A stretch of DNA of 64,000 nucleotides. Origin: an uncultured Clostridia bacterium. Its GTDB lineage: Bacteria; Bacillota; Clostridia; Christensenellales; UBA1242. The notes under the pieces are model-generated. The model had not been told where the DNA came from. It saw only the letters and a list, made by a program, of their open reading frames with translations, and did no database searches. Positions 1-8,782 of this stretch are shown piece after piece (position 1 is the stretch's first letter; each line of letters starts with the position of its first letter). The stretch lies in contig CALVYS010000003.1 in assembly GCA_944372355.1 (NCBI GenBank), forward strand, positions 28-64,027, written 5' to 3'. The position numbers and the translations under genes are program-made.

Positions 1-1748
1 AATACAAGTGGGATTTATCAAGTTATTGCAAAGATGACGAGGAGTTTTTTTCGTGTTTTAAACTTATAGAAGCTAGGGCAGACGAAATCAAAGCATTTGA
101 GGGAAAGTTAATTGATGAGGAAATTTTGCTCAAAGTTTTAAATTTGGACAGCGAAATTTCTCTCGAACGTGAAGTGCTTGGCAACTATGCGGCAAGAAGG
201 TTTGAAGAGGATCTGTCTTCTTCAAGCGGGCAGCAACTTGAAAGCGAGTTTTCAAGAGTTGCCACGCTGCTTTCAGTGGCGGGCTCATATGTCACTCCTG
301 AAATTTCAAAATTTAGCAATGAAAAACTGGAAAAATTGAAAAAAAATCCAAAATTTTTCCATTTTAAACTCTATTTTCGTGATATTATAAAATCCAAGCC
401 GCACATTTTAAAAGGCGATCAAGAAAAGATGATCTCCGGAATGGGTGAATTTTTGGGAGCTTCATCTGATTGTTTTGACGCGTTTAGCAACGCGGATTTG
501 AAGTTTGAAGATGTGCTTGACAGCCGTGGCAGGAAGCACAAATTCAATCAAGAGCTTTATGGGGTTTACATGCGCTCGAAAGACAGAACGCTTCGAGAAA
601 ATGCCATCAAGCGAATCAATGGCACCTTTGGCAAGTTTTCAAACCTATTGACAAAAAACTATCTTGCAAATGTCAAAGAGGATTGTTATTTTGCCAAATT
701 GCGAAACTATCCTTCTGCACTTTTTCATGCAATCAAATCAGAGGACGCAAGTCAAAAAGTTTATGAGAACCTGATCAGCAGCGTGAGAAAAAACATAAAA
801 ATTATGCACAGGTTTGCCGAGCTAAAAAGACAAAAACTGGGGCTTGATAAATTTGCAATTTATGACGAAAGCGCTCCGGTTGGCAAATCGCTAAACAAAA
901 AATACACGTTTGATGAAGCATATGAGCTTTTCAAAGCCTCTGTTGCTGTGCTTGGCCCGGAGTATGTCAAAGTGCTGAATGAAGCCAAGGCCGAAAGGTG
1001 GATCGATGTCATGCCAAATGATGGCAAGGCGACAGGAGCATATTCTGCTGGTGCTTTTGGCAAAAATCCAGTTGTGCTTATGAACTTTGTTGGCGACTTT
1101 CGATCAGTGGAAACCCTGGCCCATGAAATGGGGCACAGCATGCACACCTATTTTTCTTCAAAGCACCAAATCTTTGAAGAATCCGGCTATGTAATTTTTG
1201 TGGCAGAGGTGGCAAGCACTGTGAACGAGATGTTGCTTTCCATGCATATGTTAAAAAATTGTCGTTCGAAAAAGGAAAAGCTTGCCATCATTGACAACCT
1301 GTTCGTAGGAGTGCGTTCGACAATTTTCAGGCAAACGATGTTTGCCGAATTTGAGGAGTGGGTGCATTCTGAGTGTGAAGCCGGCCGTCCGCTTTCCAAA
1401 GATTTGCTTTGCAAAAAATACTACGATCTAAACAAATTTTATTTTGGGTCTAAGGTGAAGCTTGTCGATGAAATTCAATATGAATGGTCACGCATTCCAC
1501 ATTTTTATCGCAGTTTCTATGTTTACAAATATGCAACTGGCCTTATCAGTGCACTCAACATTGTCAACGCGATCCTGTCAGGAAAAGAAGGGGCACTGGA
1601 AAAATATTTGAACTTCCTTTGCTCTGGCTGCACAAAACCACCGGTGGAACTTTTGAAAGATGCCGGTTGCGATTTGGAAAACCCACAAACTTTTGATGAG
1701 GTTTTTGAGTTTTTAAATGTTTTGTTAGATGAATATGCTAAGTTATAA
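1..1748 (+). CDS. pepF: Oligoendopeptidase F (M3B family), 5' end cut by window edge
   Basis: The frame stays open upstream of the listed TTG back to nt 3 and reads YKWDLSSYCKDDEEFF, a typical PepF N-terminal region. Zinc motif HEMGH (LAHEMGHSMH) is present and the size is consistent with ~600 aa. Confidence 0.9.
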   Translation, partial: YKWDLSSYCKDDEEFFSCFKLIEARADEIKAFEGKLIDEEILLKVLNLDSEISLEREVLGNYAARRFEEDLSSSSGQQLESEFSRVATLLSVAGSYVTPEISKFSNEKLEKLKKNPKFFHFKLYFRDIIKSKPHILKGDQEKMISGMGEFLGASSDCFDAFSNADLKFEDVLDSRGRKHKFNQELYGVYMRSKDRTLRENAIKRINGTFGKFSNLLTKNYLANVKEDCYFAKLRNYPSALFHAIKSEDASQKVYENLISSVRKNIKIMHRFAELKRQKLGLDKFAIYDESAPVGKSLNKKYTFDEAYELFKASVAVLGPEYVKVLNEAKAERWIDVMPNDGKATGAYSAGAFGKNPVVLMNFVGDFRSVETLAHEMGHSMHTYFSSKHQIFEESGYVIFVAEVASTVNEMLLSMHMLKNCRSKKEKLAIIDNLFVGVRSTIFRQTMFAEFEEWVHSECEAGRPLSKDLLCKKYYDLNKFYFGSKVKLVDEIQYEWSRIPHFYRSFYVYKYATGLISALNIVNAILSGKEGALEKYLNFLCSGCTKPPVELLKDAGCDLENPQTFDEVFEFLNVLLDEYAKL

Positions 1749-1781
1749 AAAAAACGACCACTAATCAAGTGGTCGTTTTTG
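1747..1781. terminator. Bidirectional rho-independent terminator
   Basis: Hairpin acgaccact-aatca-agtggtcgt with an A-run upstream and T-run downstream, between convergent pepF and the small minus-strand ORF. Confidence 0.8.
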
Positions 1782-2003
1782 TCCGCAGTTTTGCCCAATC
1801 ATAATCCCTCCTGCCAGCAGCAAAAGCCCAATTGGGATTGCGATGTTTAAGTAGCCGCAACCTAGCGGTCCGCAATGGCCGGCAGGTCCACATGGAGGCA
1901 TCAGCGGATTGCATGGGGAAGATGGGCACCCCCAACAGTCTGGACATCTAGAAGCTGGCATGTCAAAATAGCAGCCACTTCGATAGCATCTTTCGTAGTT
2001 CAT
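1761..2003 (-). CDS. Cys-rich small membrane-anchored protein (80 aa), no family recognised
   Basis: ATG at 2003 lies 5 nt after GGAGG on the minus strand; the listed 84-aa start falls inside the RBS. There are 9 Cys in the first 49 aa (CPDCWGCPSSPC..CGPAGHCGPLGCG), followed by one hydrophobic helix IAIPIGLLLLAGGIMI. Confidence 0.55.
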   Translation of the reverse strand: MNYERCYRSGCYFDMPASRCPDCWGCPSSPCNPLMPPCGPAGHCGPLGCGYLNIAIPIGLLLLAGGIMIGQNCGQKRPLD

Positions 2004-2105
2004 TTGTGCCTCCAATAATATTCTATTTTTAAAGAGAGCAAAGTGTTACTCCTCTTTCGGCTTTGCGCTGGCACTGCCAGCACTTGCCCCGCAAAGCGAT
2101 GCAAG

Positions 2106-2136
2106 AAAAAAGCGCTTGGCACGCCAAGCGCTTTTT
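2106..2136. terminator. Rho-independent terminator downstream of the SDR gene
   Basis: aaaaaAGCGCTTGGcacgCCAAGCGCTttttt, a 9-bp GC-rich stem with flanking A/T runs. It is part of the larger nested structure 2054-2149. Confidence 0.8.
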
Positions 2137-2149
2137 GCAAAGCCGAAAG

Positions 2150-2908
2150 TTATTTGACAAAGATTTTTTGCGTCACCTTCAAAAACAGTGATTTTGGAAC
2201 CAATTTTTGCAAAAAATAAAGGATTTTTTGCTTTCCAATGATTTTTTGTGGTTTTAGCTTTCTTTTTTCTATAAAGCGCACCATTTTTTTGACGGCGTAT
2301 TCCACAGGCATGCGTTTATCTTCGTGAGAATCAACATATTTTGTGGAATTTTCCACCGACTTGCCATACCTGTCGTTGGTTTGAAAAACCTTTACTCTGT
2401 TTTTTGTGAAGTTGGTCTTGACTTCGCCAGGGCATATCGCTGCCACTTGAATCTTGGTGTTTTTAAGCTCCATTCTCAGGCCATCGGTGATCATGCTGAC
2501 GGCTGCTTTGCTGGCACAATAGTAGGATCTGAAAGGAAGCGGAAACAGCGCGCAGGTTGAGCTTATGTTTATGATCTTGCTTTTTTCTTTCATCATGGGA
2601 AGGGCACGCTTTAAAACATCGACGAGTCCAAAAAAGTTGATGTCAAACTGTTTGCGAATGTCTTCTTCGCCCACCAATTCCACAGCGCCTGACAAACCTC
2701 TGCCAGCGCAGTTGATGAGTATGTCCAACCTCTCGTCTTTAAGTTTTTCGAAAGTGGAGTCAAGCGAGGTTTTGTCGGTGATGTCACATGGAAAATTTTC
2801 AGATGACAAAGAAAGATCAAGCACTCTGTCACCCTTGGAAAGAAAATAGTTTTTAAGTCCCAGTCCGATCCCGCTTGATGCTCCGGTGATCAAAATCGTT
2901 CTATTCAT
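2150..2908 (-). CDS. SDR-family oxidoreductase
   Basis: Rossmann motif TGASSGIG, NCAG, and catalytic YCASK (YxxxK); 252 aa. Confidence 0.9.
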   Translation of the reverse strand: MNRTILITGASSGIGLGLKNYFLSKGDRVLDLSLSSENFPCDITDKTSLDSTFEKLKDERLDILINCAGRGLSGAVELVGEEDIRKQFDINFFGLVDVLKRALPMMKEKSKIINISSTCALFPLPFRSYYCASKAAVSMITDGLRMELKNTKIQVAAICPGEVKTNFTKNRVKVFQTNDRYGKSVENSTKYVDSHEDKRMPVEYAVKKMVRFIEKRKLKPQKIIGKQKILYFLQKLVPKSLFLKVTQKIFVK

Positions 2909-3025
2909 ATCATGCTCCTTTTTTAGAGTATACTAAATTTTGAAAAGTTTTAAAAGTAAAAAGGCGGTTTAATAAACTTTTATTTTTTCACAAAACATGC
3001 TATAATTTTTTTAGGAGTAATAATT

Positions 3026-3559
3026 TTGGGCTTGACGAAAAAAGGATATTTCACAGCGAGTGGCATTTTGTCGATAATCTTGTCGGTGATTTTGGCCATT
3101 GTCACAATTGTTGAGCTTTTGAAAAAGGGCTACTTTGGTGAAACTCCAACTGGTCATGGTTATGTCACTGGCGTTGGCGAAAATATTATAATCGGCTACA
3201 CCTGTTTGAGTTTTAGTATTTCAAACTTTATAGGTGGAGTTTTGATGCTTGTCGCGACAAGACTTTACACCACAAAGCATCAGAAAAACTTGGTGATCGC
3301 ATCAAGCATTTTCACGATTTTAGGTGCGTGCGCATTAAATTTGAACGCGGTTGCTTTATACCTAGCGTATGGAACAGACGACTATGTTGAAATCAGGCAA
3401 GCAAAATCTGCTGTTAAAACAGGAAAGAAAAAACAGCAAACCCAACCAGAAAATCTTCGCGCTTCAATTCAGGCTTTGAGAAAAATGCGAGATAATGGTG
3501 AAATTACCGACGATGAGTTCAGATATTTTCTTTTCGATCTGATAGAACATAAAAAATAG
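3026..3559 (+). CDS. Membrane protein with C-terminal SHOCT-like domain
   Basis: TTG start 8 nt after AGGAG. Several TM helices are followed by LRKMRDNGEITDDEFRYFLFDL, which resembles a SHOCT domain. Confidence 0.6.
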   Translation: MGLTKKGYFTASGILSIILSVILAIVTIVELLKKGYFGETPTGHGYVTGVGENIIIGYTCLSFSISNFIGGVLMLVATRLYTTKHQKNLVIASSIFTILGACALNLNAVALYLAYGTDDYVEIRQAKSAVKTGKKKQQTQPENLRASIQALRKMRDNGEITDDEFRYFLFDLIEHKK

Positions 3560-3613
3560 TTTGATATTTGAAAAATTTATGCTATCCTAATTAAAAATGA
3601 TAAAGGAGGAGAG

Positions 3614-4012
3614 ATGAACAAAAACAGAAGAAGCATTTTGCTTGCAAGCGGAATTATTTCTTTGGCTGTGACGGTGATGTTTATGATTTTTGCTATATGT
3701 GCGGGGTCAATCACACAGTTGTTGATAGATCTAATGGAAGCTGCTGCTGGTGGCGCGGATTATTCGCTTTACATGGAAAGTATGAAAGCTTGTGTCATCG
3801 CAGGAAGCGTGATCGCACTGGTTTTGAATGGCTTGGCAGGAACGCTCACTATCATTGCCGTAAGCGATCCAGCCAAATTTGAAGCACGCAGAAAACTTTA
3901 CATCACAGGTGCAGTTTTCACTTTGGTTTCAAGTTTGATTTCGGTTTCAGCAATTTTGTATTATGTAAATTTCGGCCTTTATGGCGGAACTGCCACAACA
4001 AAAAATGCTTAA
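3614..4012 (+). CDS. Small multi-TM membrane protein, unknown function
   Basis: GGAGGAG RBS, 132 aa, about 4 hydrophobic helices. Architecture is similar to the upstream neighbour. Confidence 0.6.
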   Translation: MNKNRRSILLASGIISLAVTVMFMIFAICAGSITQLLIDLMEAAAGGADYSLYMESMKACVIAGSVIALVLNGLAGTLTIIAVSDPAKFEARRKLYITGAVFTLVSSLISVSAILYYVNFGLYGGTATTKNA

Positions 4013-4015
4013 ATC

Positions 4016-4049
4016 AAAACAAAAACTCCGCATCAGTCGGAGTTTTTTT
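4016..4049. terminator. Bidirectional terminator
   Basis: aaaaACTCCGcatcagtCGGAGTttttttt between convergent genes; it overlaps the tadA stop. Confidence 0.8.
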
Positions 4050-4488
4050 GTTGGCGTTTCTGTTTAAAAAATTCTTGTAAAATTTGTGAAGCCTCTTCTT
4101 TGCCTGCACATCTTCGAATTTCAACTTTATGGTTTAATCTGGGTGAGGAGAGAATGGTTTGCAAAAGGTTGTCCTTGGAGGTTTTTTCTTCTGCGGCGTA
4201 GAAGAGCGTTTTGATTCTGGCGTTTGCAATCGCGCCCGCGCACATAGGGCAAGGCTCTAAGGTCACATATATGTCACAACCCTCCAATCTCCAAGATTTT
4301 AGCTTTTTGCATGCTTTTTCTATTGCGATGATTTCAGCATGTTTTGTGGCGATCTGTTTGCCTTCGCGTTTGTTATATCCTTTTCCAATCACTTTACCAT
4401 TTTTTACAACAACAGCGCCCACGGGAATCTCTCCATGAGCTGCTGCCTTTTTTGCAAGTTCGAGTGCCAAATCAACAAACTTTTCCAT
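4033..4488 (-). CDS. tadA: tRNA adenosine(34) deaminase
   Basis: CDA zinc motifs HAEIIAI and PCPMCAGA; 151 aa. Confidence 0.9.
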   Translation of the reverse strand: MEKFVDLALELAKKAAAHGEIPVGAVVVKNGKVIGKGYNKREGKQIATKHAEIIAIEKACKKLKSWRLEGCDIYVTLEPCPMCAGAIANARIKTLFYAAEEKTSKDNLLQTILSSPRLNHKVEIRRCAGKEEASQILQEFFKQKRQQKNSD

Positions 4489-4528
4489 GCTTAGATTTTA
4501 ACTCATTCTGTTTGGAAAGTCCAGCAAA

Positions 4529-5584
4529 ATGATGTATACTTTTGTTATGAGCAAAAAAGAATTATCACAAGCGCCTTTTAAAAAACGCAATTATTATGAC
4601 ATTTCAGACACCGGCATCGGTTATTTTCTTGCCATAATCGCACCTTACGTTGTCATGGTTTTGGTGCTGATTTTTATGGGCATCGCAAGTTCACAGTCTG
4701 GCATGCAACCAGATCAAATGCAAAACACTTTGGCTTATGAGATAGTTTCCTGCTTTATTGCGCCAGTCGGTTTTTGCGTGTTGTTTTTTGGATTTAACAA
4801 GGCAAGAAAGATCAGCTTCAAAGCAGCCAATCTCAAACCAAACATCAAAGTTTGGGATTTTGTCATGTGTTTTGTTGCGGCCATAATCTGCCTGTTTGGA
4901 ATGCAGTATTTTATCGGTGGAATCGATCATCTTTTGGTGGAAGGTGGCTACGAGCTCTCCACAGTTTCTCTTCCAATGGACAATGTGGGGTGGCTGATTT
5001 TGGCCATAGTTTTGATGGCGGTGCTTCCTGCCGTGTTTGAGGAGCTGATTTTCAGAGGGATCATTTTGAATGGTCTGAGAAGCAAAATGGGCGATGTGGC
5101 TGCCATTTTTCTTTCCGCTGCCATGTTCGCTTTTATGCATGGTTCTGTCCAACAGCTCATCTATCAATTTGCACTTGGCGTGGTGATAGCATGGATGGTG
5201 GTCCGCACAGGGTCACTTATTTCAGGCATGATAATTCACTTTTTAAACAATGCTATGGTTCTGATTTTGGGTTACATTGACTTGCATTACGGTGGCCTTA
5301 CAATGAGCTACAACGCTTGGCAGTGGGTGATTTGTGTGGTGCTGGTGCTGGTTGCGGCAGCATTGCTGTTTGTCATTGAAAAATTCTATTTTAAACACAA
5401 AAATCATGAAATAGCTGAAAAAAATCAGCAAAATGATGAAAAAACAGATGAAAATCTCTCCAAAGAGGCCAAAACTCAACAAGATTTGAAAGCAAAGCCT
5501 TATCCAATTTTGCTCTGGATTTCGATAGGCGTGTCGGTTGTGCTTTGCTTGATCAACACTTTAAACAGTTTCGGGGCATTATAA
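4529..5584 (+). CDS. CPBP-family intramembrane glutamic endopeptidase (CAAX protease-like)
   Basis: Motifs EELIFRG, FAFMH and HFLNN; polytopic, with an extra C-terminal linker plus TM. Confidence 0.85.
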   Translation: MMYTFVMSKKELSQAPFKKRNYYDISDTGIGYFLAIIAPYVVMVLVLIFMGIASSQSGMQPDQMQNTLAYEIVSCFIAPVGFCVLFFGFNKARKISFKAANLKPNIKVWDFVMCFVAAIICLFGMQYFIGGIDHLLVEGGYELSTVSLPMDNVGWLILAIVLMAVLPAVFEELIFRGIILNGLRSKMGDVAAIFLSAAMFAFMHGSVQQLIYQFALGVVIAWMVVRTGSLISGMIIHFLNNAMVLILGYIDLHYGGLTMSYNAWQWVICVVLVLVAAALLFVIEKFYFKHKNHEIAEKNQQNDEKTDENLSKEAKTQQDLKAKPYPILLWISIGVSVVLCLINTLNSFGAL

Positions 5585-5611
5585 TCGGAGAAAGGGAATA
5601 TAATAATCACA

Positions 5612-6718
5612 ATGAAAGAAAACTCCAAAAACTTCAACTTTGCAATGCTGACCTATTTTATAATAGTCGCGCTGTTTGTTGGGCTGAGAATTATTTCTGC
5701 ATTTGGGCTTTTTGATGGAATGGGCACCGCAGCGAATTGGGTGTTCACTTTGATCGTGCAAGTTGTCGTGCTTTTTGGCGGATCGGTTTTGTTGTTTTCA
5801 GCTTTTAAAAAACAAAAAATCAAAACCACATTTGAATATTATGGTTGCAAAAAAATTTCTGGAAAGGTGGTTTGGCTTGCCGTTTTGCTTGGGGCTGTGG
5901 TGTTTTTCTTGAACATTTTTGTCTCCTCAACTTTCAACTCAATCATAGACTTTCTTGGCTATGAGCACACAACTTCCTCCATACCAAGCAGCTACAACTT
6001 CATTTCGTTGGTGGCCAATTTGATGTTTTCAGCTTTACTTCCTGGAATTTGTGAAGAGCTTGTGCACAGGGGAATGCTGCTCAAAAGCATGAAGCCGCTT
6101 GGAATGTGGAAGTCGATTTTGCTTTCGGGACTGTTCTTTGGCCTGTTGCATTTGAATATAGAGCAGTTTTTCTACGCCACAATAATTGGAATCTTTCTTG
6201 GTTTTTTGACCACTATGACAAACTCAATCTACCCAGCGATGATCGTGCATTTTATGAACAATGCCCTCAGTAGCTATCTCACATTTTCACGCGTCAACAA
6301 CCTTCCTTTTGGAAGCGCATATGAGTGGTTCTTTGGCGTGGTTTCGTCAAACGTCTTGCTTGGAATTTTGCTGTGTTTGTTGGTGCTCATCGTGCTGGTT
6401 TATCTTCTTTATATTCTCTGCCGAAAAATCTTCCGCACTCAGCTCAAATCCGAATTTGATCGAGCTGCTGAGCAGGTTCAGCGTGAACTGACCAAGCAGG
6501 CCTATCTTATAGATTTGGAAAACTCAAAAAACGGTCAAGCGGGACAGGAGATCGAGCTTGCCGATCCACGGCTGGAAATCATCAAAAAGCTTTTTGAGTT
6601 AAAGCCAACTCAAACAGAAAAATTCACTCCATCAAAGTATGGCCGGTTGCTGCTGTGGGTGAGTTTCGCGCTGCTGAGCGTTTTGACGGTTTGCACTTTT
6701 GTTTGGGGGGTGTTATGA
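5612..6718 (+). CDS. CPBP-family intramembrane glutamic endopeptidase (second tandem copy)
   Basis: Motifs EELVHRG, FGLLH and HFMNN; long charged linker and a terminal TM. Confidence 0.85.
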   Translation: MKENSKNFNFAMLTYFIIVALFVGLRIISAFGLFDGMGTAANWVFTLIVQVVVLFGGSVLLFSAFKKQKIKTTFEYYGCKKISGKVVWLAVLLGAVVFFLNIFVSSTFNSIIDFLGYEHTTSSIPSSYNFISLVANLMFSALLPGICEELVHRGMLLKSMKPLGMWKSILLSGLFFGLLHLNIEQFFYATIIGIFLGFLTTMTNSIYPAMIVHFMNNALSSYLTFSRVNNLPFGSAYEWFFGVVSSNVLLGILLCLLVLIVLVYLLYILCRKIFRTQLKSEFDRAAEQVQRELTKQAYLIDLENSKNGQAGQEIELADPRLEIIKKLFELKPTQTEKFTPSKYGRLLLWVSFALLSVLTVCTFVWGVL

Positions 6719-7173
6719 TTAAAATAAGGCTGGTTTGCGTTGGCAAACTTAAAGAAAAGTTTTGGGTTGAGGCCCAAAATGAATACATAAAGCGACTTGG
6801 AAAATTTTGCAAGTTTGAGCTTGTGGAGCTTCCAGAAAAAAATCAAACCTCCACGCCACTTGAAACTTTAAACAGAGAAGGTGAGGAGATTTTGGCAAGG
6901 CTTGAAGGAAGATCCTTTTTGTTTGATGTAAAAGCGCGTCAAATTTCCAGTGAAGAATTTGCCGAGTTGTTGCAAAAGAGCGCGCTCACTTCAAGTGCGC
7001 TCACTTTCATAATTGGCAGCAGCCATGGTGTGAGCGAAAAAGTTAAAAAAGCCGCAGGCGAAGGCCTGTCTTTTGGCAAAATCACCCTGCCACACAATCT
7101 TTTTAGAATAGTGGCATTGGAGCAAATTTATCGTGCTTTCAACATTCTTGAAAACACCTCATATCACAAATAA
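6715..7173 (+). CDS. rlmH: 23S rRNA (pseudouridine1915-N3)-methyltransferase
   Basis: MIKIRLVCVGKLKEKF... SPOUT RlmH pattern. ATG 6715 overlaps the upstream stop (ATGA); the listed 6655 start lies inside the preceding gene. Confidence 0.9.
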   Translation: MIKIRLVCVGKLKEKFWVEAQNEYIKRLGKFCKFELVELPEKNQTSTPLETLNREGEEILARLEGRSFLFDVKARQISSEEFAELLQKSALTSSALTFIIGSSHGVSEKVKKAAGEGLSFGKITLPHNLFRIVALEQIYRAFNILENTSYHK

Positions 7174-7772
7174 TTTACAATTTCATCTCTATGAGCATAT
7201 GCGTATTCGACAGCAGCTTGATGCGCCTCATCAACGCGTTTGGTGCCATGTGTTTTACTGAGTAAAAAATGAATGCAGGTGTGGCCGTCCATGCCTGTGT
7301 TTTCTATGTAGCTTTGGCCATGAGGATAGCCGTTTATGCTTGCTGCGACAAAGTTGTTTTTTGTCACTTCCACCCAAACAGGACGCCTCGCCCAGCTCCA
7401 TTCGTAGTTATAAATGCTGTGAAAGATCTCAGTGTTTTCTCGATCAATGGGTTCAACATCGGCATGGTTATGCCCGCCATTTCGATAAACATAGTAGGTT
7501 TTTCCGCTCTGAATGTCAATCACCCTGGTTTTTTCATAGGTCGGGAACATGGCATTGACGGTTTCAAACCAGTTTAGATTTGAAACGCTCACATCATCTC
7601 CCGCTTGATAGATTTCATCTTCGCCTTCGTAGAAGTTGTTCAGGTTGTAAATGTCGCTAGACGTCAAATTGGCATGTTTTCCTGCGATTGGATAGGGAAG
7701 CACGCAGCACAAGATGCCACAGGTGATCAAAACAATAAAAAAATAAAATGGTAAAATTTTCTGCATAATCAT
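7164..7772 (-). CDS. Hypothetical exported/membrane-anchored protein
   Basis: N-terminal hydrophobic anchor (ILPFYFFIVLITCGILCCVL) and a C-terminal His/Cys-containing region (GHTCIHFLLSKTHG). No family assigned. Confidence 0.5.
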   Translation of the reverse strand: MIMQKILPFYFFIVLITCGILCCVLPYPIAGKHANLTSSDIYNLNNFYEGEDEIYQAGDDVSVSNLNWFETVNAMFPTYEKTRVIDIQSGKTYYVYRNGGHNHADVEPIDRENTEIFHSIYNYEWSWARRPVWVEVTKNNFVAASINGYPHGQSYIENTGMDGHTCIHFLLSKTHGTKRVDEAHQAAVEYAYAHRDEIVNYL

Positions 7773-7816
7773 ATCTTGCGTAATTTTTAAAAAAATAAAT
7801 AAATATATTTACTTTA

Positions 7817-8782
7817 ATGAAAAAAAGCTTTTCTGCGATAATGATTATCATAGGCACCGTCATTGGCTCTGGCTTTGCAAGTGGCAAAGAAGTGGCGGTG
7901 TTTTTTTCGCGTTTTGGAAGCATATCCTATTTTTTTATTTCACTCACTTTTTTTCTGTTTTTTGGCATTATTTACTTTTTTTTATCTCGCGGAGAAAGGG
8001 CGTTAAGCAGACTCACCTCATCAAAACTCATCTCTTTTTTGTGCGTGATCATTTCCCTGATTTTCACCTCATCAATGTTTGCAGGCACCATCAATGTTTT
8101 GCCGCAAAACCTTTTTTTGAGAGTCCTCATTATGGCTATGCTTGTCCTGATTTGCATTGTGGTGGCCAAAAGAGGCGTGAAAAGCCTTGCTTTTATCAAC
8201 AGTTTGCTCATTCCCATCACGATTGTGGCAATGTTTGTCGTGTTGATTTCAGGGTTTGACGGATTTGCTTTGCCGACATTTCACCAAAACGGGTTTGCAG
8301 GATTGTTTTTTGCACTGCTGTATGCGGTTTTAAACTTTTCGATTTCAAGCGTTGTGATCGCTGAAACCGGTCAAACACTAACAAAAAAACAGAAGGCATG
8401 TGTGAGTTTTGTTTCGAGTTTTGTGCTTTCTGCTTTTTTGATGCTGACAAATGTTGTTCTGCTTGCCAACCCCGAGCTTATCGCTCTACCCATGCCGCTT
8501 GTCAGCGTTTCAACAGGGCTTGCAGGCGTGCTTATAAAATTCGTCATATTTTCAGGTTGCATAACAACCTTGTTTTCGCTTGTTTGGACAACGCGCCTTG
8601 CACTTGAAAGATTTGGCTTGAAAATGAGTGCTATTGTCGTTGTCGCAGTCTTTCTTCCGATAGCCGTGTCGCTTTTAGGTTTTGGGCAAATCGTAAGCTT
8701 TTTATATCCATTTGCCAGCATAATTGGCGCCTTGGTTTTGTTTTGTGTTTTTCTTTTGCCAAAGGGCGAAACCCCACCTTAG
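7817..8782 (+). CDS. YkvI-family membrane protein (transporter-like)
   Basis: N-terminal IGTVIGSGFASGKEVAVFF resembles the YkvI signature; polytopic, 321 aa. Confidence 0.7.
   Translation: MKKSFSAIMIIIGTVIGSGFASGKEVAVFFSRFGSISYFFISLTFFLFFGIIYFFLSRGERALSRLTSSKLISFLCVIISLIFTSSMFAGTINVLPQNLFLRVLIMAMLVLICIVVAKRGVKSLAFINSLLIPITIVAMFVVLISGFDGFALPTFHQNGFAGLFFALLYAVLNFSISSVVIAETGQTLTKKQKACVSFVSSFVLSAFLMLTNVVLLANPELIALPMPLVSVSTGLAGVLIKFVIFSGCITTLFSLVWTTRLALERFGLKMSAIVVVAVFLPIAVSLLGFGQIVSFLYPFASIIGALVLFCVFLLPKGETPP

Noticed and set aside
6655-6714. Upstream extensions of listed ORFs: rlmH from 6655, permease from 9654, SPOR-like gene from 21651, gpr from 19000, DUF378 gene from 35859, minD from 48951, degV from 51074
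   Set aside because: Each extension overlaps a neighbouring gene or promoter and lacks an RBS. Internal ATGs with GGAGG-type RBSs give canonical N-termini.
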